Sequence record: OQ708376.1
DNA length: 64,000 bases
From: Escherichia phage vB_EcoM_CRJP21
Strand: one strand, 5' to 3'
Translations under genes and position numbers: made by a program
In this document: one piece after another, positions 35,206 to 45,268 of the stretch
Layout of the letters: each line of letters starts with the position of its first letter
How positions within the stretch are numbered: position 1 is the first letter of the stretch
Notes under the pieces: generated by a model
The model's database searches: none
Seen by the model: only the letters and a program-made list of their open reading frames with translations
What the model was told of the DNA's origin: nothing

Positions 35206-35583
35206 ATGGAAATAAAATATAATCAATATTGTGTAAGGACATGGATGTACACGGGTGAGTTAGTTACGCACTGTAACTTATACAAAGGTGATTTAAACTA
35301 CGCCAGGGACAAGATTTTAAAGTACTGGAATGCTGACTTTTATTTGATGGATTTTAGTACTGGGTTTAGGGGTAAAGCAACCGAGATGTTGGACTATACA
35401 GTACTTGATGATGCTGCACTGTTTCAGGAGGCATTAGTATTTGACAAGAAGTACATCTGTACATTAGAAGAGATGATTGAATTACAGCGTAGAATTAAAT
35501 GTATTCACAGGGAATGTATAGATATCTGGTGCAGTACTGGTGAAGATGATTTTTGTAATCATTTCAATCTAGGGGAAGTGTGA
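35206..35583 (+). CDS. family-2 protein (subfamily B)
   Basis: core AALFQEALVFDKKY; RBS GAGGA. Confidence 0.6.
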   Translation: MEIKYNQYCVRTWMYTGELVTHCNLYKGDLNYARDKILKYWNADFYLMDFSTGFRGKATEMLDYTVLDDAALFQEALVFDKKYICTLEEMIELQRRIKCIHRECIDIWCSTGEDDFCNHFNLGEV

Positions 35584-35744
35584 TGGAATTTGATTTTTTA
35601 ATATCAGTACATACGGTCAAGGGTGCACCTCAGTACCTTTGTAATTTAAACAAAGGTGATTTGATTATGGATACAGATACAGAGGCTGTATACAGTTCTA
35701 ATATTCTGTACAAATTCAGTACTAATCTGAAGGAGATTTTATGA
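35583..35744 (+). pseudogene. truncated family-2 paralog (53 aa N-terminal fragment)
   Basis: MEFDFLISVHT..CNLNKGDL matches N-terminus of 36112 gene but lacks core. Confidence 0.5.
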
Positions 35745-36112
35745 AAAAAGAAATTAGAATTCAATTCGGTATGAGGAAAAAAGAGGTCATCTGTACACTG
35801 AATCATGCGGTCGTGGAAAGCCTTGGTGGTGCATTACAAAAATTCTCCCATTTTGTTCTTGTACTATATGAAAATGGGTCTTTTAAAATCTTCACATATG
35901 ATGATTCAAAAAATTACCGTAATGATTTTGTAAATCTGACAGTACTGTCAGAAGAGGAATTCTTTCAGGAAAGTACTGTCTGGAATTTACCAGGAGCACC
36001 AATTGAATACGTCCGTGCTACACAGGCAGAAATGATCAAAGTAATGCAGAACTATCCAGAAGATTATATGACTAAGTTTCCTGAATCTATTTATGTAGAG
36101 GTTGAGTACTGA
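35741..36112 (+). CDS. family-2 protein
   Basis: core EEFFQESTVWN. Confidence 0.6.
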   Translation: MKKEIRIQFGMRKKEVICTLNHAVVESLGGALQKFSHFVLVLYENGSFKIFTYDDSKNYRNDFVNLTVLSEEEFFQESTVWNLPGAPIEYVRATQAEMIKVMQNYPEDYMTKFPESIYVEVEY

Positions 36113-36468
36113 TGGAATTTGATTTTTTAATATCAGTACATACTTTCAAGCACAGTTATCAGTACTTTTGTAATTTAAACAAAGGTGATTTAATGCACAG
36201 TGCAAATGAGTATATTCATTACACTCAGGGTAAATTTACATTCATTGATTACAGTTCATTACAGTATCCACACCAAGATATGCCGGACTATACATTAATG
36301 GATACCGCAGAACTATTCCAAGAATCATTAGTATTTGATAAGAAGTACTTGTGTACATTTGAAGAAGTTATTGCAATACAAAATGAAATGAAAGAGTATG
36401 CTGCTTTGCATAAACCCAATGCAAGTATTAATCAAGAATACAAATTCAATTTAGGAATTCAAGAATGA
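36112..36468 (+). CDS. family-2 protein (subfamily B)
   Basis: core AELFQESLVFDKKY. Confidence 0.6.
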   Translation: MEFDFLISVHTFKHSYQYFCNLNKGDLMHSANEYIHYTQGKFTFIDYSSLQYPHQDMPDYTLMDTAELFQESLVFDKKYLCTFEEVIAIQNEMKEYAALHKPNASINQEYKFNLGIQE

Positions 36469-36824
36469 CATATGATTATTCTATGTACTATTATAAGTTA
36501 CCTAAAGGATGGGACTTGTGCTGTAATCTTATTAAGGGCGACTCGGAACATGAGTTGAGTTTATATATGCATTACAAAGATTCTTGTTTTAAATTTATTC
36601 ATGTATCACATGACGACTATGACTATGAATCTGAGAGTCTTATAGATTATACAGTACTGGACGATGGTGAACTATTTCAGGCTGCATTAGTGTTTGATAA
36701 GAATAAGTACTCCTGTACATTTGAAGAAATGGTTTCTTTGCAAAATGAAATGAAGAGATTTGAAAAAGAAAACGTATTTAATCCATCCCCATCAAGAACG
36801 AATAATTATTATTTCAATATATGA
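36465..36824 (+). CDS. family-2 protein (subfamily B)
   Basis: core GELFQAALVFDKNKY. Confidence 0.6.
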   Translation: MTYDYSMYYYKLPKGWDLCCNLIKGDSEHELSLYMHYKDSCFKFIHVSHDDYDYESESLIDYTVLDDGELFQAALVFDKNKYSCTFEEMVSLQNEMKRFEKENVFNPSPSRTNNYYFNI

Positions 36825-36833
36825 GATTATAAA

Positions 36834-37328
36834 ATGACATTACAGAGTTCATTGGAAAAAGCAAAGAAGATTCATGAGTACATGAATATGGCAAAAGAAG
36901 GTTCAGTTTACGGTGTTTTCAAAGACACAAGTACTCAATATTATGTGCCGGATAACCTCCTTTATAATGACTGCTCAGATACAGAAACGTGCGTACTGGA
37001 TACAGAAACATGCATACTAGATACCGACCCTAATGATTATGAATGCTTCATTAATATGCATAATGAGTACATGGTCTATATTAATGATGCAGATATTACC
37101 ATATACAGTACTGACAGCGATTCCGATGACATTATAATTCCGAGTGAAGTACTAGAAGGTCCGTGGGATAGTGAAGAGTATTACTTCCAACAAAGTACTG
37201 TATACGATGATGAAGTACTTGAAGTATTAGTTATTATGTGGTACTTTAAAAGTATTGGTTCTGGGAACTTCTATTTCGATTACAGATACGTAACGAAAAC
37301 TGTAGATAACGGTATTAACAGGGGTTGA
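36834..37328 (+). CDS. family-2 protein (subfamily A)
   Basis: MTLQSSLEKAKKIHEY..., core EEYYFQQSTVYD...VIMWYFKS. Confidence 0.65.
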   Translation: MTLQSSLEKAKKIHEYMNMAKEGSVYGVFKDTSTQYYVPDNLLYNDCSDTETCVLDTETCILDTDPNDYECFINMHNEYMVYINDADITIYSTDSDSDDIIIPSEVLEGPWDSEEYYFQQSTVYDDEVLEVLVIMWYFKSIGSGNFYFDYRYVTKTVDNGINRG

Positions 37329-37329
37329 A

Positions 37330-37800
37330 ATGAGTTTAGAAAGAGCATTAGAGATTGCGAAGTTAATTGATTTATGCAGCAAAGAAATTGTAGCAAATTG
37401 TCTCAATGGATATCTATTCAAGGAAGGTAAATCTTATTGTCGAATGAGATACGATGACAGTAGTGAGTACATTCACATGTACGATGAAAACTTAGATTCT
37501 TCTGAAACAACACTCAATGGGTGTGATGTTAATTTGGAAGATAATTACATGTACTTCTGTCGTGATGCTGATATTTTAATACAAGATTCTGACATTCTAA
37601 CTGGTGGTGAAGAGAAACATCTTCCGTATTCAGTACTGGATAATGACTGGGGAAGTGAAGAGTACTACTTCCAGCAGAATACTATCTACGAGGAAGATGT
37701 ACTTGACAAGCTTGTCATTCTGTGGTACTTTAATAATACAGATTGTCCTAGCTTCTATTTGGACTTGGATCTACTACGAGTTATTAAAGAGGATATATGA
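37330..37800 (+). CDS. family-2 protein (subfamily A)
   Basis: core EEYYFQQNTIYE...VILWYF. Confidence 0.65.
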   Translation: MSLERALEIAKLIDLCSKEIVANCLNGYLFKEGKSYCRMRYDDSSEYIHMYDENLDSSETTLNGCDVNLEDNYMYFCRDADILIQDSDILTGGEEKHLPYSVLDNDWGSEEYYFQQNTIYEEDVLDKLVILWYFNNTDCPSFYLDLDLLRVIKEDI

Positions 37801-38240
37801 GTTTAGCAAGTGCACTTGAACTAGCACACAGAATACATCACTTCCACGATAACATAAAAAGTGGGTTCTATGGTGATAAAGTAAGTGCATTTGGTGATGA
37901 GTATTATCTATCAGGTATAAAGACATACTCTGATGATATTTTACTTATGGGACAGGATAAAGACAATACTATACAGTACTCTTCATGTAGTCAATATACT
38001 AATTTTTTTGTATATATTCCAGGTACTAAGATTACTTTTGACACAACAAATACACCTGTTGACTTCGGGGTACTTGATGGCCCGTGGGGTACTGAAGAGT
38101 ATTACTTCCAACAGAGTCTCATTTTTAACCAAGAAATTCTTGATTCCTTGGTTGTGTTGTGGTACTTTAAGGAATTGAATTTTGAACCATTCTTTCTTGA
38201 CTGGGGAGCATGTGAATATTTAAGTACAGGGGATTTGTAA
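37797..38240 (+). CDS. family-2 protein (subfamily A)
   Basis: core EEYYFQQSLIFN...VVLWYFK. Confidence 0.65.
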   Translation: MSLASALELAHRIHHFHDNIKSGFYGDKVSAFGDEYYLSGIKTYSDDILLMGQDKDNTIQYSSCSQYTNFFVYIPGTKITFDTTNTPVDFGVLDGPWGTEEYYFQQSLIFNQEILDSLVVLWYFKELNFEPFFLDWGACEYLSTGDL

Positions 38241-38728
38241 TGTCATTACAAAGTGCATTGAAAGAAGCAAAGAAGATTCATGAGTACATGATTATGGTAC
38301 AGGAAGGTTCAGTACCAGGTGTATATAAAACATCTGATACTGAATTTTTTGTAAAAGACCGTGACGATTATGACGAGTCCGAGATATGTGCAGAAACATT
38401 AGTACTGCACACTGATACTGGTGACAGTGATAACTGTGAATATCATATGTACAATCAGTACATTAGTTATTGCCGTAATGAAGATATTACCATCTACAAC
38501 ACAGATAGTGATGCTGATGACACTATCATTCCTTATTCAGTACTGGAAGGACCGTGGGATAGTGAAGAATATTACTTCCAGAATAGTACGTTGTACAATG
38601 AAGAAGAATTAGATGTTATTGTAATTATGTGGTATTTCAAAAGTATTGACTCCAGTAGTTTCTATTTTGATTATGAATATGTAGAGAATACTGTAGGAGA
38701 AGGTAATGTCATTACAAAGTGCTCTTGA
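38240..38728 (+). CDS. family-2 protein (subfamily A)
   Basis: core EEYYFQNSTLYN...VIMWYFKS. Confidence 0.65.
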   Translation: MSLQSALKEAKKIHEYMIMVQEGSVPGVYKTSDTEFFVKDRDDYDESEICAETLVLHTDTGDSDNCEYHMYNQYISYCRNEDITIYNTDSDADDTIIPYSVLEGPWDSEEYYFQNSTLYNEEELDVIVIMWYFKSIDSSSFYFDYEYVENTVGEGNVITKCS

Positions 38729-39158
38729 AAAAGCAAAAGAACTACATGGATACTTTGACGATATAAAGGCAGGAAAGTTCAAAGAAGTGTACAAAGCCGA
38801 GAACGGCAACTACTACAAGGATGAAATGTATAATAACTCCGTTGGTGTAAGGGTTATTCTTGGGTTGAATTCCAATAGTCCTATATCGTTTTCTGAATAC
38901 AATAGAGATGCAGAATTTATTAGTTATGTTGAAAATGGTAGCATTCGTTTTATTAATCGCAAAAAACCATTAATTTTGAATTATGAAGTACTGGAAGGTC
39001 CGTGGGATAGTGAAGAGTATTACTTCCAAAACAGTACTGTTTACGATGATGAAGTACTTGAAGCATTAGTTATTATGTGGTACTTAAAGAGTGTTAACTG
39101 TCCTCGATTTTATTTGGATTTCGAAGAACTTCGTAAAGATCCAGAAGGTATAGAATGA
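38706..39158 (+). CDS. family-2 protein (subfamily A)
   Basis: core EEYYFQNSTVYD...VIMWYLKS. Confidence 0.65.
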   Translation: MSLQSALEKAKELHGYFDDIKAGKFKEVYKAENGNYYKDEMYNNSVGVRVILGLNSNSPISFSEYNRDAEFISYVENGSIRFINRKKPLILNYEVLEGPWDSEEYYFQNSTVYDDEVLEALVIMWYLKSVNCPRFYLDFEELRKDPEGIE

Positions 39159-39469
39159 AAAACTTATTCAGTGTTCAGTACGTTCCTGGTGAAATTAGTT
39201 TATTGTATCTGTTTGATCATGATAATTCATTATTACTAGTAGTAAAGAAATGCCAAGCTAGTTCGTTTGTTGAATACATTCACGATAGTGAATATATACC
39301 TGATTTTTTAGAGTGTGATTATTACGATGAACATGAATCATTTATTTTCCAGGAATCGCTCGTATGGGATAAATCGATCAACTTCTTTACGTTAATTGAA
39401 TTACAAAAGCAGGTGAAGTATCATTGGAATTACTTAATCACACAGGATTACATTGAGATAGAAATATAA
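39155..39469 (+). CDS. family-2 protein
   Basis: core SFIFQESLVWD. Confidence 0.55.
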   Translation: MKNLFSVQYVPGEISLLYLFDHDNSLLLVVKKCQASSFVEYIHDSEYIPDFLECDYYDEHESFIFQESLVWDKSINFFTLIELQKQVKYHWNYLITQDYIEIEI

Positions 39470-39777
39470 TGACTAAAAATGAATTTGATTCACTTTGTAC
39501 GGTTTATAATTCATTGACAGAAATACCTGACTTTATTAATTACATTTCAGCTTTAAATCAAATTATGCATAGTTTTGAACAATCGTTTGAAGAGAAATAT
39601 GCTGGTAGAAAAGTTCTATGTCATATGTCAATGTACTTAGGAGATGGTGAGCCTTACACTACAAGTACTACATGTGAAATAAAAAAATATAATATATTAT
39701 TGGGGACAATAGAATTCACAGTATCCAATGGTGGTAGTTATATGTACTTTAGAGATGGAGTGGTTGAATTATTATGA
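39469..39777 (+). CDS. hypothetical protein (102 aa)
   Basis: track ORF; no family motif. Confidence 0.45.
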   Translation: MTKNEFDSLCTVYNSLTEIPDFINYISALNQIMHSFEQSFEEKYAGRKVLCHMSMYLGDGEPYTTSTTCEIKKYNILLGTIEFTVSNGGSYMYFRDGVVELL

Positions 39778-40223
39778 GTTACGAAAGTGCAATCAAGAAA
39801 GCAAATGATATTCTACGCGTCGTTAAATTCTTCAAAGAAAATCCTGAATACTTAGCTGATGAAAACCATGATCACGATGAGAGATTGAGACGAAAAATTG
39901 TCGCTTTATTTGACACTAATGCGGATAATTATAGTCTAATTGAGTTAGCATACGATTATATTTCATTGAACCGAAACGGCAATATAGTTAATATAGAAAG
40001 ACATGCAACTGAAGAATCTTTTAAAATTTCAGATATTTTATCCCTGAGTACTGAAGAAGGGTACTTCCAGGGTAGTACTGTTTATGAACAAGGGACACTT
40101 GACAATCTATGCACATTCAGTGTAATATATCAGAAATCTGTACTAGATGTATTTTATCTTGACACTGCTGAACTGGATACACTAACCAATTTTGTTACTA
40201 CTGAAGAGGCTACATTCGAGTGA
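39774..40223 (+). CDS. family-2 protein
   Basis: core EEGYFQGSTVYE. Confidence 0.6.
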   Translation: MSYESAIKKANDILRVVKFFKENPEYLADENHDHDERLRRKIVALFDTNADNYSLIELAYDYISLNRNGNIVNIERHATEESFKISDILSLSTEEGYFQGSTVYEQGTLDNLCTFSVIYQKSVLDVFYLDTAELDTLTNFVTTEEATFE

Positions 40224-40756
40224 TGAAAGTTAACATCAATGACTTTGATGCATTACAAGATTTATCAAAAAAGATTCGCACCATTGTACCAGTACTCAAA
40301 AAATGCAGTACTGGTTTAATCGATCCTAGTACTGTTGTTAATGAGAAGTACAATTTTCATTATGTATTACAGGGTACTGGGGCATTCCAGAAGTGTGAGG
40401 TGCGTGAGACACACGTAATTGATACATCATTGTTTTCTATTGGTGCACCTGTGTCGAATAATACTATTTTCCTAGACAACGCTGGAAATATTCAACAATT
40501 AACATTTAAGAAAAGGAAAAAGAACAATAACATTGGTGTGTATGCGATGAAGTGGGGTCAACCTGATTTGAAGCGTGAAATTCACATCCCTAAGTACAAT
40601 TACAATGCATTTGACGAACAGTGTTTTCAACTATCGTGTACTGACCCTGACTATGCTATCATTCAGTTCTATATGGAATTGCAGATAGCATTTAACAGTA
40701 ATTTGTATATTAACTTATTGGCGATGAACATCGATGAAGTATTCAAAAACATTTAA
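40220..40756 (+). CDS. family-2 protein (variant)
   Basis: core EQCFQLSCTD. Confidence 0.5.
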   Translation: MMKVNINDFDALQDLSKKIRTIVPVLKKCSTGLIDPSTVVNEKYNFHYVLQGTGAFQKCEVRETHVIDTSLFSIGAPVSNNTIFLDNAGNIQQLTFKKRKKNNNIGVYAMKWGQPDLKREIHIPKYNYNAFDEQCFQLSCTDPDYAIIQFYMELQIAFNSNLYINLLAMNIDEVFKNI

Positions 40757-40952
40757 TCGAATTGAATACATGAGAACTGTGAGTGCAGTGTGGGACATAT
40801 GGTTCACTACTAAACCAAAAATGGATTACCATGACTTTAAGCTCTTGTTCTTCGTTGGCTCTAACAAACAGGATGTTGCAATGAAGGGTTATATTCAGCA
40901 CTTACAGGAACTAATCCAGAAGAGAATATATGAAAATAATAGACCAAAATGA
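40734..40952 (+). CDS. family-1-like small protein (outlying copy)
   Basis: core VGSNKQDVAM. Confidence 0.45.
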   Translation: MKYSKTFNRIEYMRTVSAVWDIWFTTKPKMDYHDFKLLFFVGSNKQDVAMKGYIQHLQELIQKRIYENNRPK

Positions 40953-41121
40953 CATTGCTAAACTATTCAATATATATTCTACTAGAATGATGCAAACAGA
41001 CTCATATAGTACTGAATTCAAAGAGTTGAAAGTACTGATGTACTTGGGAACCCAATATCAGGAACAAGTTATTTTGGAATATATTAATTCGCTGAAGAAG
41101 GATATCCGTTATGTACGATGA
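40930..41121 (+). CDS. family-1 small protein (outlying copy)
   Basis: core LGTQYQEQVI. Confidence 0.5.
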   Translation: MKIIDQNDIAKLFNIYSTRMMQTDSYSTEFKELKVLMYLGTQYQEQVILEYINSLKKDIRYVR

Positions 41122-41671
41122 TTTAGATCTTGCGTTTGAACGTATGGTAATTTTAATGCAATGTGCAGAAATGCATGAAACAATCCGTCGCACCAAAGGG
41201 ATTGAATATACAAGTAAACTATTCTCATACGAAAGTCGTCGAGGGATGGATCATTTTTACTGCACTGATTGTTCAAAGTTTTCAGTACTGAAATATTATC
41301 ATCCTACTGTTTCCAATAATAGTTTAATATCCACATATGACGGTGATCTGTTTAGTGTAATGTATGACACATTACATCCATCAATTTCAATCTATAAAGA
41401 TTGCGATAGTAGTTTATCGTATATAATTGAAGATTACTTATCTCCTAATACTGAAGAGAATATTTTTCAGAACAGTGTGTTGCATGATGAATTAAGTATA
41501 AAATGCATCTATATGTTCAATAAGTTAAAAGAGTACGCCGATAATAATTACTTAATTGATAAGTTAGCAGTATTGTCTGTTTCCGTTTTTAATACAAATG
41601 ACATTGATATGAAATACTATAATGAGATTTGTAAAGTACATCATATGTATAAGGAACTATTATGTCAATAA
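41111..41671 (+). CDS. family-2 protein
   Basis: core ENIFQNSVLHD. Confidence 0.55.
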   Translation: MYDDLDLAFERMVILMQCAEMHETIRRTKGIEYTSKLFSYESRRGMDHFYCTDCSKFSVLKYYHPTVSNNSLISTYDGDLFSVMYDTLHPSISIYKDCDSSLSYIIEDYLSPNTEENIFQNSVLHDELSIKCIYMFNKLKEYADNNYLIDKLAVLSVSVFNTNDIDMKYYNEICKVHHMYKELLCQ

Positions 41672-42264
41672 ATGCAAATAAATGTTGTAGTGCAGATGTG
41701 CATTTGTTTTTTAAGAAATTAGCAAATGATATTATATATATGCAGGAAATGATTTATCACAAACGAGCGGATTTAGAAAAAGCATTAGTACAGTTCTCAT
41801 TTATGCTTGATGGTGATATATTTCTAGAGAGTGATGCATTGCGAATAGTATTAGACAAAAATGCTAAAAGATTTTTATTTCATATAGATAATAAATTATG
41901 TTCCTCCGTATGTCGTACTTTTTATAATCGTGATTCGGACTTATATCAATTCCTTTATGCTAAAGGTGCAGTAGAAGCATCATATGGTGATGGTTATGCC
42001 CTAGGAAATAGTATTCCATTTATGAAATCATTTAAAATAGAACACATCAGTACTGATGAAGATGCAATGTTCACAAATGATATAACTATGGGACGTGAAG
42101 ATGCAATGCGATATATTACAAATTCTATGCATACATTCTTTCAACGATCAGAATTTGATAATGTATATATATCAAATGTAAATATTTTCACTGACCTGTG
42201 TCAGTACTTGAGAAGTGTTTGTGATTTTGATGAAAGCTATTGTAAGCTTTATACTGAGGTATAA
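41662..42264 (+). CDS. hypothetical protein (possibly divergent family-2)
   Basis: track ORF; weak motif. Confidence 0.45.
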   Translation: MSINANKCCSADVHLFFKKLANDIIYMQEMIYHKRADLEKALVQFSFMLDGDIFLESDALRIVLDKNAKRFLFHIDNKLCSSVCRTFYNRDSDLYQFLYAKGAVEASYGDGYALGNSIPFMKSFKIEHISTDEDAMFTNDITMGREDAMRYITNSMHTFFQRSEFDNVYISNVNIFTDLCQYLRSVCDFDESYCKLYTEV

Positions 42265-42269
42265 AACAA

Positions 42270-42632
42270 ATGAACACATTAAGTATTACATACTATACAA
42301 CTAAAAAATTAGTTACTTGTTTAATATCATTGAAGACAAACCATGATGATATGTTTGATATGGCGGCATATGAATTAGAATTATCAGAAGATGGCTTCAA
42401 GAGCTATGAAGTATATAGCTATGTTCGTGAAGATGTAATTGACACTACACTAATGCAAGAGGATGAGTTATTCCAAGAAAGTTTAGTATGGGATAATAAG
42501 TACGATTGTAACTTTGATTTCTTATGTTTAATCCAGAAAGAAATGAAAAGAATCTTTGATAATTATCCAGTGAAGAGATTGAGTACTGGACCGGAGCAGT
42601 ACAGGAGAATTTTATTCCGTTATGAAGACTGA
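42270..42632 (+). CDS. family-2 protein (subfamily B)
   Basis: core DELFQESLVWDNKY. Confidence 0.6.
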   Translation: MNTLSITYYTTKKLVTCLISLKTNHDDMFDMAAYELELSEDGFKSYEVYSYVREDVIDTTLMQEDELFQESLVWDNKYDCNFDFLCLIQKEMKRIFDNYPVKRLSTGPEQYRRILFRYED

Positions 42633-42957
42633 ATTAGTGAAAGTAATGTACGCTACTCATATTAAACTACTACTTGTGAAATTTGATTATAATAAAAAAC
42701 ATAATGATTTCTATACTTTAATTCGTGATGAAAATACATTCTCCTTGCGATGCAACAATATACCGTTGAAGATAAATGATTTTACTTCACTTGACGAGGG
42801 TGAATTATTTCAAGAATCATTAGTTTTTAATAGTAATATAAAAATTGATATAGAAGTTATTAAAAAATACCAGATTTTATTGAACAAAATTATGAATTGT
42901 TATCCATGTGAAATAGGAGGTCATATGCAGTTCAAATCAAAAATGTATGAATTATGA
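42622..42957 (+). CDS. family-2 protein (subfamily B)
   Basis: core GELFQESLVFN. Confidence 0.55.
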   Translation: MKTELVKVMYATHIKLLLVKFDYNKKHNDFYTLIRDENTFSLRCNNIPLKINDFTSLDEGELFQESLVFNSNIKIDIEVIKKYQILLNKIMNCYPCEIGGHMQFKSKMYEL

Positions 42958-42964
42958 GGTTTAT

Positions 42965-43501
42965 ATGTTAGATGAAAAAATGAACAATGGAACACAATAT
43001 AATCATCTTAAGTTGGATACATTCGAATCAGCTATCAGTACTGCACAAGATATAATTGATATTATCAAGTTCATTAAAGAAAATAAGTTCAAATGTTTGA
43101 AAATACTAAATCGTTCAATGTACCGTGATAACAATATTCATGTATCAGTACGTAGACCGAAAGATAAAGAAAGTGGGAGAGATTTCTATAACAACAGTGA
43201 GCAGTTCGAATGTGAATATGATCCAGAATTCAGAGGCGGTTTCATGTGTTACAGTATAAAGGATACCTCACACATTGAGATACGTTCATCGAAAGGTGGC
43301 ATACGTACATTAGAGTTCATTGATATAGTTTTAAATCAGGAATACTACTTTCAACTATCATTATTGTTTCCTGCATACGATTTAGGAGTTCTATTCATGT
43401 ATAAGTACTTTTATGAGCACTGGAATGAAGACTTCTATCTGGACTTAGAAGATTACCAATTAGTTTGGAAAGAAATGGTAGAACTTCGCAATCCCTCTTG
43501 A
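42965..43501 (+). CDS. family-2 protein
   Basis: core QEYYFQLSLLF; ATG after GAGG. Confidence 0.55.
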   Translation: MLDEKMNNGTQYNHLKLDTFESAISTAQDIIDIIKFIKENKFKCLKILNRSMYRDNNIHVSVRRPKDKESGRDFYNNSEQFECEYDPEFRGGFMCYSIKDTSHIEIRSSKGGIRTLEFIDIVLNQEYYFQLSLLFPAYDLGVLFMYKYFYEHWNEDFYLDLEDYQLVWKEMVELRNPS

Positions 43502-43518
43502 CACCCACCGATTCTTTG

Positions 43519-43527
43519 TGATATAAT
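43519..43527 (+). promoter_or_regulatory. extended -10 promoter element (TGaTATAAT) followed by leader hairpin 43528-43550
   Basis: no clear -35. Confidence 0.4.
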
Positions 43528-43560
43528 CCCTTTATATTAATTGTAAAGGGTTATAACACA

Positions 43561-44037
43561 ATGTCCAAAGACCTATCATTTAGCAATGCACAAAAAATAG
43601 CAAAAGACATTATCAGGGTTTATAAATTCCTTGCGAATGTTACTGAAGATTTTTCCGTGGGGGAACATAAAGTTATTAAACGAAATGGATACCTTTCATT
43701 TATGGATGGGTTACTCTATAGTTCAGATGAATCAACTTGTAGCATTAGAGTACTTGATGAAGTACCAAGTGGTGATTTTATTTCATACCATTTTCCAAGT
43801 TCAGATAATTTCAAATACTACAATCATCTTCTTATAAATGAAGCATTTAATACGATTGTAATTAACACTGAAGAAGAGTTCTTCCAGTACAGTACTGTGT
43901 ATCCAGAGAGGATTGTTTTCAGTTCAGTGATTTTAACAGCCCTTAAAAATGAACTAAATTCCGATAGTGATCATTTCTACTTGGACCTGAACAATGTCGA
44001 TTGTATTATTGAGTACCTGGAGAAAAATGGTTTATGA
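43561..44037 (+). CDS. family-2 protein
   Basis: core EEFFQYSTVY. Confidence 0.6.
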   Translation: MSKDLSFSNAQKIAKDIIRVYKFLANVTEDFSVGEHKVIKRNGYLSFMDGLLYSSDESTCSIRVLDEVPSGDFISYHFPSSDNFKYYNHLLINEAFNTIVINTEEEFFQYSTVYPERIVFSSVILTALKNELNSDSDHFYLDLNNVDCIIEYLEKNGL

Positions 44038-44519
44038 TTACTACAGAATATGATTACTATGGTGTTTTAGAATTTACAGAAAATATCTATCGCATTGCAA
44101 AGGAGTTCAGAAGTCCTAAGCCTTTTGGTGGAATGCCTTTTGGTGGTATGTTTCAATACGATGAGTTCAGTTCATCTAAAGGAAGACTAGCATTTACTAA
44201 TGGTAGAGGTAATCAAATCTACGCGGAGTACTTTGATGATAATGACTTTCATTACAAAGCCGAATACATTTCATATTGCCCTGGGTCTGATTTGAAGATT
44301 AATATTGATACATTTAGAGAAGCAGTATTTGTTCCGTATAATGATTTAGTCTTCATGTCAGAGGAAATGTACTTTCAGGGTTCTTGTATTCATGATGTAA
44401 AAGTACTTAATGCTATGTTATTTTATGGTGCACTACTTAATCATTACAAATACAATCAACGATTCTTTTTAGATTTAGCAGTCTACTATAAATGCGTGGA
44501 TTATTTGAATGCAAAATAA
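44034..44519 (+). CDS. family-2 protein
   Basis: core EEMYFQGSCIHD. Confidence 0.6.
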   Translation: MITTEYDYYGVLEFTENIYRIAKEFRSPKPFGGMPFGGMFQYDEFSSSKGRLAFTNGRGNQIYAEYFDDNDFHYKAEYISYCPGSDLKINIDTFREAVFVPYNDLVFMSEEMYFQGSCIHDVKVLNAMLFYGALLNHYKYNQRFFLDLAVYYKCVDYLNAK

Positions 44520-44871
44520 GAAAACAATTCAGTACATGACGGATGGCAATGAATGCTTTGCTTCAAGATATGAATTCAACAAGAACCATTTCGTAACCTA
44601 TATCCCTGAATATAATCAGTTTTATCTACAGATTTACCAAAATGATTCATATATGAATGAGATATATTCTGAAATAAAAATCCCGGATTATAGTACTTTA
44701 TCAGAAGAGGAATTGTTTCAGCAGAGCACTATCAGTACTGAAGATGTGTATGAAATAATGGAATACCAGAAGGTACTTAAATATTTCCATGAAGTTCAGG
44801 ATATACAAATGGATAGTGTTAAAGCGTGGAATTATAACACATACGAGGTAAATTATGTTCGAAATGATTAA
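44509..44871 (+). CDS. family-2 protein
   Basis: core EELFQQSTIS. Confidence 0.55.
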   Translation: MQNKKTIQYMTDGNECFASRYEFNKNHFVTYIPEYNQFYLQIYQNDSYMNEIYSEIKIPDYSTLSEEELFQQSTISTEDVYEIMEYQKVLKYFHEVQDIQMDSVKAWNYNTYEVNYVRND

Positions 44872-45268
44872 AATTATGCAACGATGTATTGTAGACCAAC
44901 ACGGGATATATGGATATCGTTTAAGTGCTCCTATTGACAAAAATAAAACAACCTATGTAAGCTATAATGCTGTACAAGGATTTGATATATTCATTGATGC
45001 CAACAATAAAATCAAACAAGCTAAGGATGTGTCTATAATGACCCCTGACGAGCTATTTCAGTACAGCTTAGTTCTGCCTACCTGTATTGATTTACAACGT
45101 CTAGGAGCTATACAGAAGGTTTTACGCGAACATAAAGTACAACCCAATAAAGTCACACACATTCCAGAAACAATCTTCAAAACCATAGAAGTAGAAACTC
45201 CTGATTATATGTTAAGTGATGATGAGTACTACGAGAAACACTTCCCTGGTAAAGTTTGGAGAGACTAA
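44855..45268 (+). CDS. family-2 protein
   Basis: core DELFQYSLVL. Confidence 0.55.
   Translation: MFEMIKIMQRCIVDQHGIYGYRLSAPIDKNKTTYVSYNAVQGFDIFIDANNKIKQAKDVSIMTPDELFQYSLVLPTCIDLQRLGAIQKVLREHKVQPNKVTHIPETIFKTIEVETPDYMLSDDEYYEKHFPGKVWRD

Noticed and set aside
36834-39158. EEYYFQ(Q/N/G)S resembles the TEV protease site ENLYFQ/(G/S)
   Set aside because: The conserved Ser is at P2' rather than P1', no protease gene is evident in the window, and the motif sits in a conserved structural context; treated as coincidental, though a processing site cannot be excluded.
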